Positions 1-9,855 of a stretch of DNA of 64,000 nucleotides are shown piece after piece. The DNA is from an uncultured Gammaproteobacteria bacterium (GTDB lineage Bacteria; Pseudomonadota; Gammaproteobacteria; Arenicellales; Arenicellaceae): contig CAZOBR010000002.1 in the NCBI GenBank assembly GCA_964578035.1, forward strand, positions 34 through 64,033, read 5' to 3'. A program made the translations under genes and the position numbers. The notes under the pieces are model-generated. The model had not been told where the DNA came from and made no database searches. It was given only the letters and a program-made list of their open reading frames with translations. Numbering within the stretch: position 1 is the stretch's first letter; each line of letters opens with the position of its first letter.

Positions 1-161
1 TCAGTGTCCATTACTTTTTGCTTACCCGTGTAAAACGGATGGCATTCAGAACAAATTTCAACGTGTAGCTCTTGGCCAAGCGTTGAACCTGTTTCAAAGG
101 TGTTGCCGCATGCACAGGTCACTTTAATTTGACTGTACTGTGGGTGGATGTCTGCTTTCAT
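1..161 (-). CDS. rpmE: 50S ribosomal protein L31, zinc-binding type (partial, 3' end outside window)
   Basis: Manual translation from ATG at 161: [52 protein letters not shown]; CxC and CxxCHPFYTG signature; not in ORF track. Confidence 0.96.
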   Translation of the reverse strand, partial: MKADIHPQYSQIKVTCACGNTFETGSTLGQELHVEICSECHPFYTGKQKVMDT

Positions 162-263
162 GATTTTCTCCGATTATTAGAGATCGAACTCGTGATTTGG
201 CGCGAATTCATACTCAGGGTGGGCGATAGTAGGGTAAAGATCGGCGTAATTCAAGCGCTATTT

Positions 264-1082
264 TTACAAAAGTTTGCTGGCAGAATAACAATTTGCTAAG
301 CGTGCAAAATCAGCCACACTCAAGGTTTCAGCTCGTGTGCTTGGGTCAATCGCTAGTTCTTCGATTTGCTCAGCATTTAAATGTTTTTTTAAGGTGTTGC
401 GCAGAGTCTTACGACGCTGTGAAAAAGCCTGTTTTACCAGCTCGGCAAAATCAGCTTGATTCTCAACTGGGTGTTGCGGAGTCGTTAATGGCGTCAAGCG
501 CGCGATGGCCGAATCTACCTTGGGTGGCGGGAAAAACGCCCCGGGTGGCACGGTAAACAAGTTTTCAATGCCATAACGCTGCTGCAACATCACCGACAAT
601 CTGCCGTATTGTTTACTACCAGGATCTGACACCATTCGCTCAACGACTTCTTTTTGCAACATCACCACTTGACTATGAATGTGCTCAGCGTACTTCATTA
701 AATGAAACAACACAGGGCTGGAAATGTTGTAGGGCAAATTGCCAATCACTTTTATCTTATCGACAGCTTGACCCACCTCGGGCCCAGCTTTTAACAGTTC
801 ATTTAAATCAAACTTCAAAATATCTTGGCCGTGCACCACAACGTTCATTAGCGTATCCGCTCGATTTTGCCAATAACTGACTAAATCACGATCAAACTCC
901 ACCAAATGTATTTGCCCTGCTAATGGTAAAATCAACTCGGTTAACGCACCACGACCGGGGCCAATTTCTAGGACTGTGTCGGATTCTTTTAAACCAAGAC
1001 TCGCAACAATCTTGTTAATGATATTCGGGTCTTGTAGAAAATTTTGCCCCAGTGACTTTCGCGGCGCTGCAAACGAGTTCAT
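264..1082 (-). CDS. rsmA: 16S rRNA adenine dimethyltransferase RsmA/KsgA
   Basis: RKSLGQNFL, LEIGPGRG SAM motif, GNLPYNISSP, F.PPPKVDS; follows pdxA. Confidence 0.97.
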   Translation of the reverse strand: MNSFAAPRKSLGQNFLQDPNIINKIVASLGLKESDTVLEIGPGRGALTELILPLAGQIHLVEFDRDLVSYWQNRADTLMNVVVHGQDILKFDLNELLKAGPEVGQAVDKIKVIGNLPYNISSPVLFHLMKYAEHIHSQVVMLQKEVVERMVSDPGSKQYGRLSVMLQQRYGIENLFTVPPGAFFPPPKVDSAIARLTPLTTPQHPVENQADFAELVKQAFSQRRKTLRNTLKKHLNAEQIEELAIDPSTRAETLSVADFARLANCYSASKLL

Positions 1083-2029
1083 ACAATATTACTCGTTGAC
1101 GCCGCCGCCATCTCACGCGCAACGCTAATCGCTGCGCGTAAACTGCCAATATCGGCGGTACCAGAGCCTGCTAAATCAAACGCTGTGCCGTGATCAACCG
1201 ACGAGCGAATAATTGGTAAACCAAGCGTTATATTCGCTGCTTGACCAAAGCTTTGCGATTTCAAAACAGGCAAGCCTTGATCGTGATACATCGCCACCGC
1301 AACATCTGCGGTATCTAAAAACTTAGTCGTGAACAGCGTATCCGCTGGCAATGGCCCAACCAGGTCTAGGCCGTTGGCTCGGCAGATTTCAAGTGCAGGG
1401 ATAATGGTATTGATTTCTTCCATGCCTAAATGCCCGCCTTCACCTGCGTGTGGATTTAAACCACAGATCAATTGCTTCGGCTTGGTAATGCCATATTTGC
1501 TGCGTAAATCTTGATCAATTATTTCACAAACCTGAATAATCAACTCTTGCGTGATCGCAGCACTGACTTCTTTTAAGGGTAAATGGGTTGTGATCAACGC
1601 AACACGCAACGTATTGCTGGCCAACAACATAACGGGCAGCGGCGCATTGGTGCGCATTGCCAAATATTCGGTGTGGCCAGAAAAAGCCTTACCAGCATCA
1701 TTGATGATGCCTTTGTGTAATGGCCCCGTAACCATAGCCGAAAACTCATTATTCAGACAACCATCAATGGCTATATCGAGCATATTCATCACACCGGCTA
1801 CGTTCGCAACATCTGGTTTGCCGATGACGTCTGGTTTATCAATCGGCACATGCTGAATCGTTAAGCTTTGCAATACAGGCTCTAAACCTAATTTTTGCGC
1901 CCGCGCAGCTAAGGCGCGTTCATCGCCGATACAAACAATGTCAGCCAATGCGTCACTGCTTGCAAGTTGCAAAAGGATGTCCGAACCAATGCCCGCAGGC
2001 TCACCAAGGGTGTAGGCGATCGGTTTCAT
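1079..2029 (-). CDS. pdxA: 4-hydroxythreonine-4-phosphate dehydrogenase PdxA
   Basis: GEPAGIG, FSGHTEYL, GLNPHAGEGG, MYHDQGL, RSSVDHGTAFD. Confidence 0.97.
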   Translation of the reverse strand: MKPIAYTLGEPAGIGSDILLQLASSDALADIVCIGDERALAARAQKLGLEPVLQSLTIQHVPIDKPDVIGKPDVANVAGVMNMLDIAIDGCLNNEFSAMVTGPLHKGIINDAGKAFSGHTEYLAMRTNAPLPVMLLASNTLRVALITTHLPLKEVSAAITQELIIQVCEIIDQDLRSKYGITKPKQLICGLNPHAGEGGHLGMEEINTIIPALEICRANGLDLVGPLPADTLFTTKFLDTADVAVAMYHDQGLPVLKSQSFGQAANITLGLPIIRSSVDHGTAFDLAGSGTADIGSLRAAISVAREMAAASTSNIV

Positions 2030-2135
2030 GTGATTTTTTTGATGCTAATACTCATTCAGTGATTATAGCCTCTATTTAGTGTTGGCGGGGTTTGCTAGAA
2101 TTAAGGATTAGGCTTTATTCTCTACGTTGATCAAT

Positions 2136-3536
2136 ATGAACAAACACGCACCCTTACACGTTGTCATACTCGCTGCTGGAAAAGGCAGCCGCATGCGTTC
2201 AGCCATGCCAAAAGTATTGCATCAGGTGGCGGGTAAAAGCTTATTAGATCATGTGTTGGACGCAGCCTTAGCGCTTGAACCCGAGAAAGTGCATGTGGTG
2301 GTTGGTCACGAAAAAGGCGCAGTGATAGACAGTCTTAAAGATCACACTGAAGCAGCCCGTATTACTTGGGTTGAACAAGCCGAACAGTTAGGTACTGGCC
2401 ACGCTGTTAGCCAAGCCTTACCTAATATTCAAGATGGTGCGCATGTATTAATGCTGACTGCGGATGTGCCGTTAATTCAAAGCCAGACTTTAGAAACACT
2501 TTGTACGCAAATGCAAGCGCATAGCTTGGCAGTGCTAACCGCCTTTGTTGATAACCCGCATGGGCTTGGTCGCATGGTGCGCGACGATACCAATGCTATC
2601 ACTGGCATTGTTGAACAAAAGGATGCGTCGGCTAACGAACTTGCGATTAACGAAATCAACTCTGGTATTCTTTGTGCGCGCGGCGATAACTTAAAGCAAT
2701 GGCTGACGCAGGTAGACAATCAAAACGCACAACATGAATACTACTTAACGGATGTGGTTGCACTGGCATATCAAACGGGTAATCCAATCGCGACGATTCA
2801 GCCGAATCACAACTCAGAAATCATGGGCATTAATAGCCGCAAACAACTCGCGGAAGCAGAATGTGCATATCAACAACAGCAGGCTCATCGCTTAATGGCC
2901 GAGGGTGTCACAATCATTGACCCCCATCGTATTGATATCCGTGGTGATGTACAGATAGGCCAAGATACTATTATTGATATCAATGTGGTTATTGAAGGCT
3001 CTACGATTGGTAAAAATGTCTATATTGCGCCCAATTGTGTGATCACAGCTAGCCACATTGATGACAATGTTAAAGTACACCCTAATACAGTAATCGAAAG
3101 TGCGGTTCTTGCTAGGGGTGTTAATGTTGGCCCATTTGCGCGGTTACGGCCCGGCACGCAATTGGGCGAGAGTGTAAAAATTGGCAATTTTGTTGAAACT
3201 AAAAATGCGCAACTCGCGCCGGGCGCTAAAGTAAATCACCTAAGTTATGTGGGTGACGCGACAGTCGGTAGCAATACCAACATTGGTGCAGGCGTCATTA
3301 CCTGTAACTACGACGGCGCAAATAAACACAAAACAGTGATTGGTGACGATGTATTCGTTGGCTCGGACAGTCAACTCGTTGCCCCTGTAACGATTGCTGA
3401 TGGCGCAACCATTGGCGCTGGTTCAACCATTACCAGCAATGTAAACGCCAAACAGTTAGCTCTTAGTCGTGCCAAGCAACGCCAAATAGATAATTGGCAA
3501 CGGCCAACTAAAACCAATAATAAAACAACTAAATAA
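2136..3536 (+). CDS. glmU: Bifunctional UDP-GlcNAc pyrophosphorylase / GlcN-1-P acetyltransferase GlmU
   Basis: ILAAGKGSRMRS..PKVLH, EQLGTGHA, hexapeptide repeats, NHLSYVGDA, CNYDGANKH; ATG 2136 preferred over TTG 2127. Confidence 0.97.
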   Translation: MNKHAPLHVVILAAGKGSRMRSAMPKVLHQVAGKSLLDHVLDAALALEPEKVHVVVGHEKGAVIDSLKDHTEAARITWVEQAEQLGTGHAVSQALPNIQDGAHVLMLTADVPLIQSQTLETLCTQMQAHSLAVLTAFVDNPHGLGRMVRDDTNAITGIVEQKDASANELAINEINSGILCARGDNLKQWLTQVDNQNAQHEYYLTDVVALAYQTGNPIATIQPNHNSEIMGINSRKQLAEAECAYQQQQAHRLMAEGVTIIDPHRIDIRGDVQIGQDTIIDINVVIEGSTIGKNVYIAPNCVITASHIDDNVKVHPNTVIESAVLARGVNVGPFARLRPGTQLGESVKIGNFVETKNAQLAPGAKVNHLSYVGDATVGSNTNIGAGVITCNYDGANKHKTVIGDDVFVGSDSQLVAPVTIADGATIGAGSTITSNVNAKQLALSRAKQRQIDNWQRPTKTNNKTTK

Positions 3537-3555
3537 AACAACCAAATAAAAACCT

Positions 3556-5382
3556 ATGTGTGGAATAGTCGGCGCAGTTGCCAAACGTAATATCACCCCT
3601 GTGTTAATTGATGGGCTTAAACGGCTTGAGTATCGTGGTTATGATTCTGCAGGACTAGCCGTGATCAACGCCAGTGAAGAGTTAGATCTGCAACGCAGTG
3701 TTGGTCGCGTGGTCAATTTAGAAAAAATCTCCGAAAACAGCGTAGGCCATGTTGGTGTGGCGCACACTCGTTGGGCAACCCATGGTCGCCCTGCAGAGCG
3801 AAACGCCCACCCGCACACCAGTTCACAACAGGTTGCAGTGGTGCATAACGGCATCATTGAAAATCACAACGAATTGCGCCAACAGCAAAAACAGCAAAAC
3901 TTTGTGTTTAGCTCTGAGACAGATAGTGAAGTGATCGCGCATCAAATCGATTGGCATATGCAACAAGGGGCTGACCTCTTTAGTGCCGTGCAAAACACCG
4001 TTGGCGAGTTAGTCGGCGCGTATGGCTTAGGCGTGGTATCAAAACAAGAACCTGGAAAATTAGTAGCCGCTCGCAGCGGTTCGCCATTGCTGATTGGTTT
4101 GGGTGATGGTGAAAACTTCATTGCCTCAGACATGTCTGCACTGATTCCAGTGGCGCAAAAGTATATTGTGCTCGAAGACGGCGACACTGCCTTATTAACT
4201 GAATCAGACATTCATATTGTTGATAGCAGCGGCGAGGCTGTTGAGCGCGAAGTCCGCATTAGCACCTTAAGTGATGATGAAACCGAGCTAGGCGGTTATG
4301 CGCATTACATGAAAAAAGAAATTCATGAACAAACGCGCGCGATTACCGAAACGCTCGAAGGTCGCTTAGGTGCCGATAGCGTTTTGGAATTACCGTTTGG
4401 TGAAAACGCCCGCGCTATTTTTGATGCGACGAAAGAGATCAAGATCATCGCCTGTGGTACCAGCTACAACGCTGCCTGTGTTGCGCGATATTGGTTTGAA
4501 GAATTTGGCATTAAGTGTGACGTAGAAATTGCCAGCGAATACCGTTACCGCAAACACGTGGTTAACCCTGGCACCTTGTTTGTGACGATTTCGCAGTCTG
4601 GTGAAACGCTCGACACCATGGCTGCACTTGAGATGGCCAAAACGTTGGGCTATAGCAGCACCTTATGTATTTGCAACGTACCTGAAAGTTCATTAGTCCG
4701 TGCCAGTGATTTAACTATTTTCACCCACGCAGGTAGAGAGATTGGCGTAGCATCAACCAAAGCATTTACCACGCAACTGGTTACTTTATTAATGGTGGCT
4801 ATTTGTCTGCGCCGTCGCCGCGTGAGCAGTGATGACACGCTCGAGCAAGAGATTGTGCAAGAGCTGCGTAGCTTACCGCAACAAATTGAGAATGCTCTCA
4901 ATCTGGAAAATGACATTATCGCGATGTCAAAATACTTTGCGGATAAAAACCACACCTTGTTTTTAGGGCGTGGTATGCATTACCCAATTGCCATCGAAGG
5001 CGCGCTAAAGTTAAAAGAGATTTCGTATATTCATGCTGAGGCTTATGCCGCAGGCGAACTAAAGCATGGGCCACTTGCCTTAATTGATGAAAACATGCCA
5101 GTAGTCGCCGTAGCACCGAATGATGAGTTATTAGAAAAGCTCAAATCCAATCTTGAAGAAGTCCGCGCACGGGGTGGCAAGCTATTTGTATTTGCCGATG
5201 AAAAATCAGGCTTAGAGTCCGATCACGAAACCATGGTGCTAAACGTGGCACCAGTGAACAACTATATTGCGCCTGTGATCTACACCATTCCATTGCAACT
5301 ACTAAGCTATCACGTGGCCTTGTTAAAAGGCACTGACATAGATAAGCCGCGCAATTTAGCCAAATCAGTGACTGTGGAATAA
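3556..5382 (+). CDS. glmS: Glutamine--fructose-6-phosphate aminotransferase GlmS
   Basis: MCGIVG start, RLEYRGYDSAG, HTRWATHG, C-terminal PRNLAKSVTVE. Confidence 0.98.
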   Translation: MCGIVGAVAKRNITPVLIDGLKRLEYRGYDSAGLAVINASEELDLQRSVGRVVNLEKISENSVGHVGVAHTRWATHGRPAERNAHPHTSSQQVAVVHNGIIENHNELRQQQKQQNFVFSSETDSEVIAHQIDWHMQQGADLFSAVQNTVGELVGAYGLGVVSKQEPGKLVAARSGSPLLIGLGDGENFIASDMSALIPVAQKYIVLEDGDTALLTESDIHIVDSSGEAVEREVRISTLSDDETELGGYAHYMKKEIHEQTRAITETLEGRLGADSVLELPFGENARAIFDATKEIKIIACGTSYNAACVARYWFEEFGIKCDVEIASEYRYRKHVVNPGTLFVTISQSGETLDTMAALEMAKTLGYSSTLCICNVPESSLVRASDLTIFTHAGREIGVASTKAFTTQLVTLLMVAICLRRRRVSSDDTLEQEIVQELRSLPQQIENALNLENDIIAMSKYFADKNHTLFLGRGMHYPIAIEGALKLKEISYIHAEAYAAGELKHGPLALIDENMPVVAVAPNDELLEKLKSNLEEVRARGGKLFVFADEKSGLESDHETMVLNVAPVNNYIAPVIYTIPLQLLSYHVALLKGTDIDKPRNLAKSVTVE

Positions 5383-5385
5383 GAT

Positions 5386-7563
5386 TTGGATATTTCGCAT
5401 ATATTTGATGAGCTAAACGACGCTCAGCGCGAAGCTGTTGCCGCGCCGCCTGCGCCATTATTAGTATTAGCGGGGGCAGGCAGTGGCAAAACACGTGTCT
5501 TGACCTCGCGCATTGCTTATTTAGTGGATGCGCATGGTGTATCACCCTTGTCCATTCTTGCGGTTACGTTTACCAATAAAGCCAGCCGCGAAATGCGTGG
5601 CCGTATTGAAAGCATGCTCGGCATGCCAATGGGTGGTATGTGGATTGGCACCTTTCATAGTTTGGCGCATCGCTTTTTACGCCAGCATTATCAAGAGGCG
5701 AATTTACCGCAAGCCTTTCAAATTTTAGACAGTGACGACCAGCTGCGCATGGTCAAACGCAGCTTAAAAGAGTTGGCATTAGACGAAGCCTACTGGCCAC
5801 CCAAACAAGTGCAATGGTTTATTAATGGCCATAAAGAAGAAGGTCGCCGACCAGCTAATGTGCCGCAAAGCAACGACACCCAACAGCAAACCTTGTTGGC
5901 CGTATTCAGCCATTACGAATCACTGTGTCAACGCTTTGGCTTGATCGACTTTTCTGAACTGTTATTACGCGCTTATGAATTGCTTAAAAACAACGAAGTA
6001 TTACGCGAGCGCTATCAAAGTCGTTTTCAGCATGTGTTAGTAGACGAGTTTCAAGACACCAACTCAATTCAATACGCTTGGCTGCGTTTACTCGTGCAAA
6101 AATCACACAACCTTTTTGCTGTGGGTGATGACGATCAGTCTATCTACGGTTGGCGTGGTGCCAAGGTTGAAAACATTTTGCAGTTCGAAAAAGATTTTCC
6201 TACCACCAAAACAATTCGGCTTGAACAAAATTACCGCTCAACCACGCACATATTAGATGCGGCCAATGCCGTGATCAAAAACAACGGTACGCGACTGGGC
6301 AAGAATTTATGGACAGCAGGCGACGAAGGCGAACCGGTCAAATTGTATTCCGCATACGATGAACGTGATGAAGCACGTTTTGTCATAGACCAAATTCAAG
6401 AGTGGGTAAACCAAGGTGGCGCGCGCGCCGAAGTGGCCATTTTGTATCGCTCGAATGCGCAATCTCGTACCTTTGAAGAAATTTTAATCAACGTCGGCAT
6501 GCCGTATCGCGTCTACGGTGGTTTACGCTTTTTTGAACGCGCCGAGATTAAAGATGCGCTCGCTTACTTGCGCATAGCCACTCGTCGCGATGACGACCCC
6601 TCATTCGAGCGGATCGTAAACACGCCTACGCGCGGCATTGGCAATAAAACCATCGACACGGTACGCGAATACGCGCGGGCGCAACAAATCTCAATGTGGG
6701 ATGCCACTAACCAACTGCTGAATGGCACGCAGTTATCCAGTCGCGCGCAATCAGCCTTGGCGGCGTTTGTAAATCTGATTCAAGAAATCAGTTCACAAAT
6801 CCAAGACCAAGACTTGTTTCAACAAATTGAAATCATGTTGGACTTAAGCAAACTGATTGAACACTTTCAAAAAGAGAAAGGCGAAAAAGGCCAGGCGCGC
6901 GTTGAAAACTTACAAGAACTCGTAACCGCAGCGCGTGGTTATGAAGTTGACGAAACTGAAGACGACTTACCGCCACTGTCTTCATTTTTAGCCCACGCCG
7001 CGCTCGAAGCAGGCGAGGGCCAAGCCGATGAGTGGGAAGACTGCGTACAACTAATGAGTCTGCACACGGCAAAAGGCTTGGAATTTCCATTAGTCTTTTT
7101 AACCGGTCTTGAAGAAGGTTTGTTCCCGCACCAGCGCTCACTGGATGAAGGGTCTGGCCGACTCGAAGAAGAGCGCCGACTCTGCTATGTAGGCATGACC
7201 CGCGCGATGCAGCAATTATGGCTCACGCACGCTGAAATGCGCCGACTCTATGGCTCAGAAAAATACACCAGCGCCTCGCGTTTTTTAAGCGAGGTGCCCG
7301 ATGAGTTAATCAGCGCCGTGCGCGCCAAAGCGAAAAATAATTACCATAATCCAAATGCCTCACGACATAGCGCGTGGGTAGATGATCAAAGCACACATGA
7401 AAGTGGTATTTCGGTCGGCATGAATGTTGGCCACCCTAAATTTGGTGAAGGTGTCGTCGTGAATTTAGAAGGCCAAGGCGAATACGCGCGCATTCAAATT
7501 AACTTTACGGATGTTGGCAGTAAATGGTTGGTACTCGCCTATGCTAATCTAACCCAACTTTAG
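5386..7563 (+). CDS. uvrD: DNA helicase II UvrD
   Basis: AGAGSGKTRVL Walker A, VDEFQDTN, VGDDDQSIYGWRGA, LEQNYRS, EEERRLCYVGMTRA, C-terminal tudor-like KWLVLAYANL; TTG start 3 nt after glmS stop. Confidence 0.96.
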   Translation: MDISHIFDELNDAQREAVAAPPAPLLVLAGAGSGKTRVLTSRIAYLVDAHGVSPLSILAVTFTNKASREMRGRIESMLGMPMGGMWIGTFHSLAHRFLRQHYQEANLPQAFQILDSDDQLRMVKRSLKELALDEAYWPPKQVQWFINGHKEEGRRPANVPQSNDTQQQTLLAVFSHYESLCQRFGLIDFSELLLRAYELLKNNEVLRERYQSRFQHVLVDEFQDTNSIQYAWLRLLVQKSHNLFAVGDDDQSIYGWRGAKVENILQFEKDFPTTKTIRLEQNYRSTTHILDAANAVIKNNGTRLGKNLWTAGDEGEPVKLYSAYDERDEARFVIDQIQEWVNQGGARAEVAILYRSNAQSRTFEEILINVGMPYRVYGGLRFFERAEIKDALAYLRIATRRDDDPSFERIVNTPTRGIGNKTIDTVREYARAQQISMWDATNQLLNGTQLSSRAQSALAAFVNLIQEISSQIQDQDLFQQIEIMLDLSKLIEHFQKEKGEKGQARVENLQELVTAARGYEVDETEDDLPPLSSFLAHAALEAGEGQADEWEDCVQLMSLHTAKGLEFPLVFLTGLEEGLFPHQRSLDEGSGRLEEERRLCYVGMTRAMQQLWLTHAEMRRLYGSEKYTSASRFLSEVPDELISAVRAKAKNNYHNPNASRHSAWVDDQSTHESGISVGMNVGHPKFGEGVVVNLEGQGEYARIQINFTDVGSKWLVLAYANLTQL

Positions 7564-7581
7564 CGAATAAAAGCACAAGCG

Positions 7582-8226
7582 CTAAATCGCAAACGTTTCA
7601 ATCATAGGAAACTTGCTCGGTTCCGAGCGCTGACGACTCGAATCAGGTTCAGCAATACTATAGATATGCCCAATGCCGTATTCATGCGCTACGTCTAACA
7701 CGTATTCACTGTCGTCTATAAATAGCGTTCTTGACGGATCAAACTCGGCGCTTTTTTGTAACCTTTCCCAAAAACTAAGATGCTCTTTTGGGTAATCCAG
7801 TTCATGTGAACAAATCATTTGATCAAAGTACTGGTCAATTTGCGTATGCGAAATTTTAAGGTCTAATACCCTTCGGTGACCATTAGTAATCATTCGAACG
7901 TCATCTGAATTTTGACGACACGCAGCCAAAAACGCTTGCGCATTAGGCCGATACGCAATGTTATGCGCCACTTCTTCCTTATGCTGCAAAATATCAAAAC
8001 CAACCTGCTCCGACCAAAACGGCACGCTGTACCAATTGAGCGTGCGCGCATTATTGATGAAAATCGGTTTCAAAAATTCAGTGGCTTGATCCACACTCAG
8101 ATTGTTTTTTTGCGCATAGACCTCAGGTAAATGGCGTAACCAAAAATAACTGTCGAAATGTAAATCCAACAGCGTGCCATCCATGTCCAACAGAACTGTA
8201 TCGATATGTTGCCAATCTATTTGCAT
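7582..8226 (-). CDS. yrfG: HAD-family GMP/IMP nucleotidase YrfG-like
   Basis: IDTVLLDMDGTLLDLHFD..FW, RTLFIDDS. Confidence 0.85.
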   Translation of the reverse strand: MQIDWQHIDTVLLDMDGTLLDLHFDSYFWLRHLPEVYAQKNNLSVDQATEFLKPIFINNARTLNWYSVPFWSEQVGFDILQHKEEVAHNIAYRPNAQAFLAACRQNSDDVRMITNGHRRVLDLKISHTQIDQYFDQMICSHELDYPKEHLSFWERLQKSAEFDPSRTLFIDDSEYVLDVAHEYGIGHIYSIAEPDSSRQRSEPSKFPMIETFAI

Positions 8227-8274
8227 GGTTCAGATTATACGTATGTTGAAGCAAAACTGTGATTAAATACGCCT

Positions 8275-9108
8275 ATGAAAATTGAATTCACCAAAATGCA
8301 TGGCCTTGGCAACGACTTTGTTGTGCTCGATTGTACTGAGCGCAAAATTGACCTGTCTGCAGAACAGGCGGCACGAATTGCTGACCGACATTTTGGTGTG
8401 GGCTGCGATCAAATTTTGATCGTGGAAAAATCCTTACGCGATGATATTGATTTTAAATATCGAATCCTGAATGCCGATGGCAGTGAGGTTGGGCAATGCG
8501 GTAATGGCGCGCGTTGTTTTGTACGATACGTGCTCGACAAAGGCTTATCTACTAAAAATCCAATTCGCGTAGAAACCATTACGGGTGATATGACGTTGCG
8601 TGCTGATCAGGACTCAAACCTGGTCACCGTTAATATGGGCATACCAAAGTTTGAACCCAGCCAGATACCACTTGTTGCGACTGAACGGCAAAACCAATAC
8701 CAGTTAGATTTAGATGGCCAGTCAATCATCTTTAGCGCCCTGTCTATTGGCAACCCACATGCCGTTTTGTTAGTGGACGATGTCACCACTGCGCCAGTGT
8801 TAGAGTTCGGTGCAGCCTTAGAGCCGCATGCCTTATTTCCTGAAAAAGCCAATATTGGCTTTATGCAAATTATTAATCGCGACGAAATTAAGTTACGTGT
8901 ATTCGAGCGCGGCGTTGGTGAAACCATTGCTTGCGGCAGTGGTGCCTGTGCGGCAGTGGTTGCGGGTATACAACTCGGCCATTTAAACAATCAAGCAACC
9001 GCACATTTAACTGGCGGCGATTTATCAATTTCATGGGAAGGCGTCGATCAACCTATTATGATGACAGGGCCAGCAGAAACCTCATTCGAAGGTGTGTTAA
9101 ACCTGTAA
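8275..9108 (+). CDS. dapF: Diaminopimelate epimerase DapF
   Basis: FTKMHGLGNDF, NADGSEVGQCGNGARC, ERGVGETIACGSGACA. Confidence 0.97.
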   Translation: MKIEFTKMHGLGNDFVVLDCTERKIDLSAEQAARIADRHFGVGCDQILIVEKSLRDDIDFKYRILNADGSEVGQCGNGARCFVRYVLDKGLSTKNPIRVETITGDMTLRADQDSNLVTVNMGIPKFEPSQIPLVATERQNQYQLDLDGQSIIFSALSIGNPHAVLLVDDVTTAPVLEFGAALEPHALFPEKANIGFMQIINRDEIKLRVFERGVGETIACGSGACAAVVAGIQLGHLNNQATAHLTGGDLSISWEGVDQPIMMTGPAETSFEGVLNL

Positions 9109-9154
9109 AATACAATAAGACGAAATAAATATAATTAACAATAGGGGCAGTATT

Positions 9155-9838
9155 GTGGCATTAGCAAACGTGCAAAGCACATTTAACGCAGCAGATTTAG
9201 CGGACTTTTTGCAAGACAATCCAAACATTTTTCAGCAACACCCTGAGTTGCTTGAACTCGTCACGCTGATTGATAGCCGAGGCACCGCATCTTTATTAGA
9301 GCGCCAAGTTAGCATGCTTAAAGAACGCCTTCGACAGTTTCAATCACAGCAATCAGAGTTTGTTGAGGTTGCACGCGAAAACGAACAAATCAGCAATAGC
9401 TTTAGTGACGTTATCTGCCAGTTGATCAGCTTTAAAAACTTATCTGAGTTTGCGGCTGAGTTTCCAAAAGTATTGCGCACTACCTTCAAGATTGATCAAG
9501 TCGCGCTCAAAACTGAAAAGGCGTCTGAGCGCAGCGAGCTTGACCAACAAGCTTATGCCGATACATTACGCCGTTTAATCAATAATCGCGCGGTTTGTGA
9601 CAATCGCTGGCCGAGCAATATCATGAACCTATTTTTTAGCGCATCTGCTGATCAAACCATTGCATCTGCTGCACTTATTCCAATGCGCACCAGCGAATCG
9701 CCTGAGGTGCTTGGGGTGCTCGCTCTCGGTTCGGTTGACGCACAACGTTACACCAACGATCTTGGCACCGCCCACCTAGACCGCCTCGGTTTGATGTCTG
9801 GAATCTGTTTAGCACGTTTACAACCAGAGCAGCGATAG
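9155..9838 (+). CDS. DUF484 (YigA-like) protein
   Basis: Position between dapF and xerC; FL..NP..F..HPELL, SLLERQV..L, GVLALGS motifs. Confidence 0.85.
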   Translation: MALANVQSTFNAADLADFLQDNPNIFQQHPELLELVTLIDSRGTASLLERQVSMLKERLRQFQSQQSEFVEVARENEQISNSFSDVICQLISFKNLSEFAAEFPKVLRTTFKIDQVALKTEKASERSELDQQAYADTLRRLINNRAVCDNRWPSNIMNLFFSASADQTIASAALIPMRTSESPEVLGVLALGSVDAQRYTNDLGTAHLDRLGLMSGICLARLQPEQR

Positions 9839-9855
9839 GGCGATAGGGAGCCGTT

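Noticed and set aside
5383-5450. Tn7-like element downstream of glmS
   Set aside because: uvrD follows immediately; no tns genes or Tn7 ends
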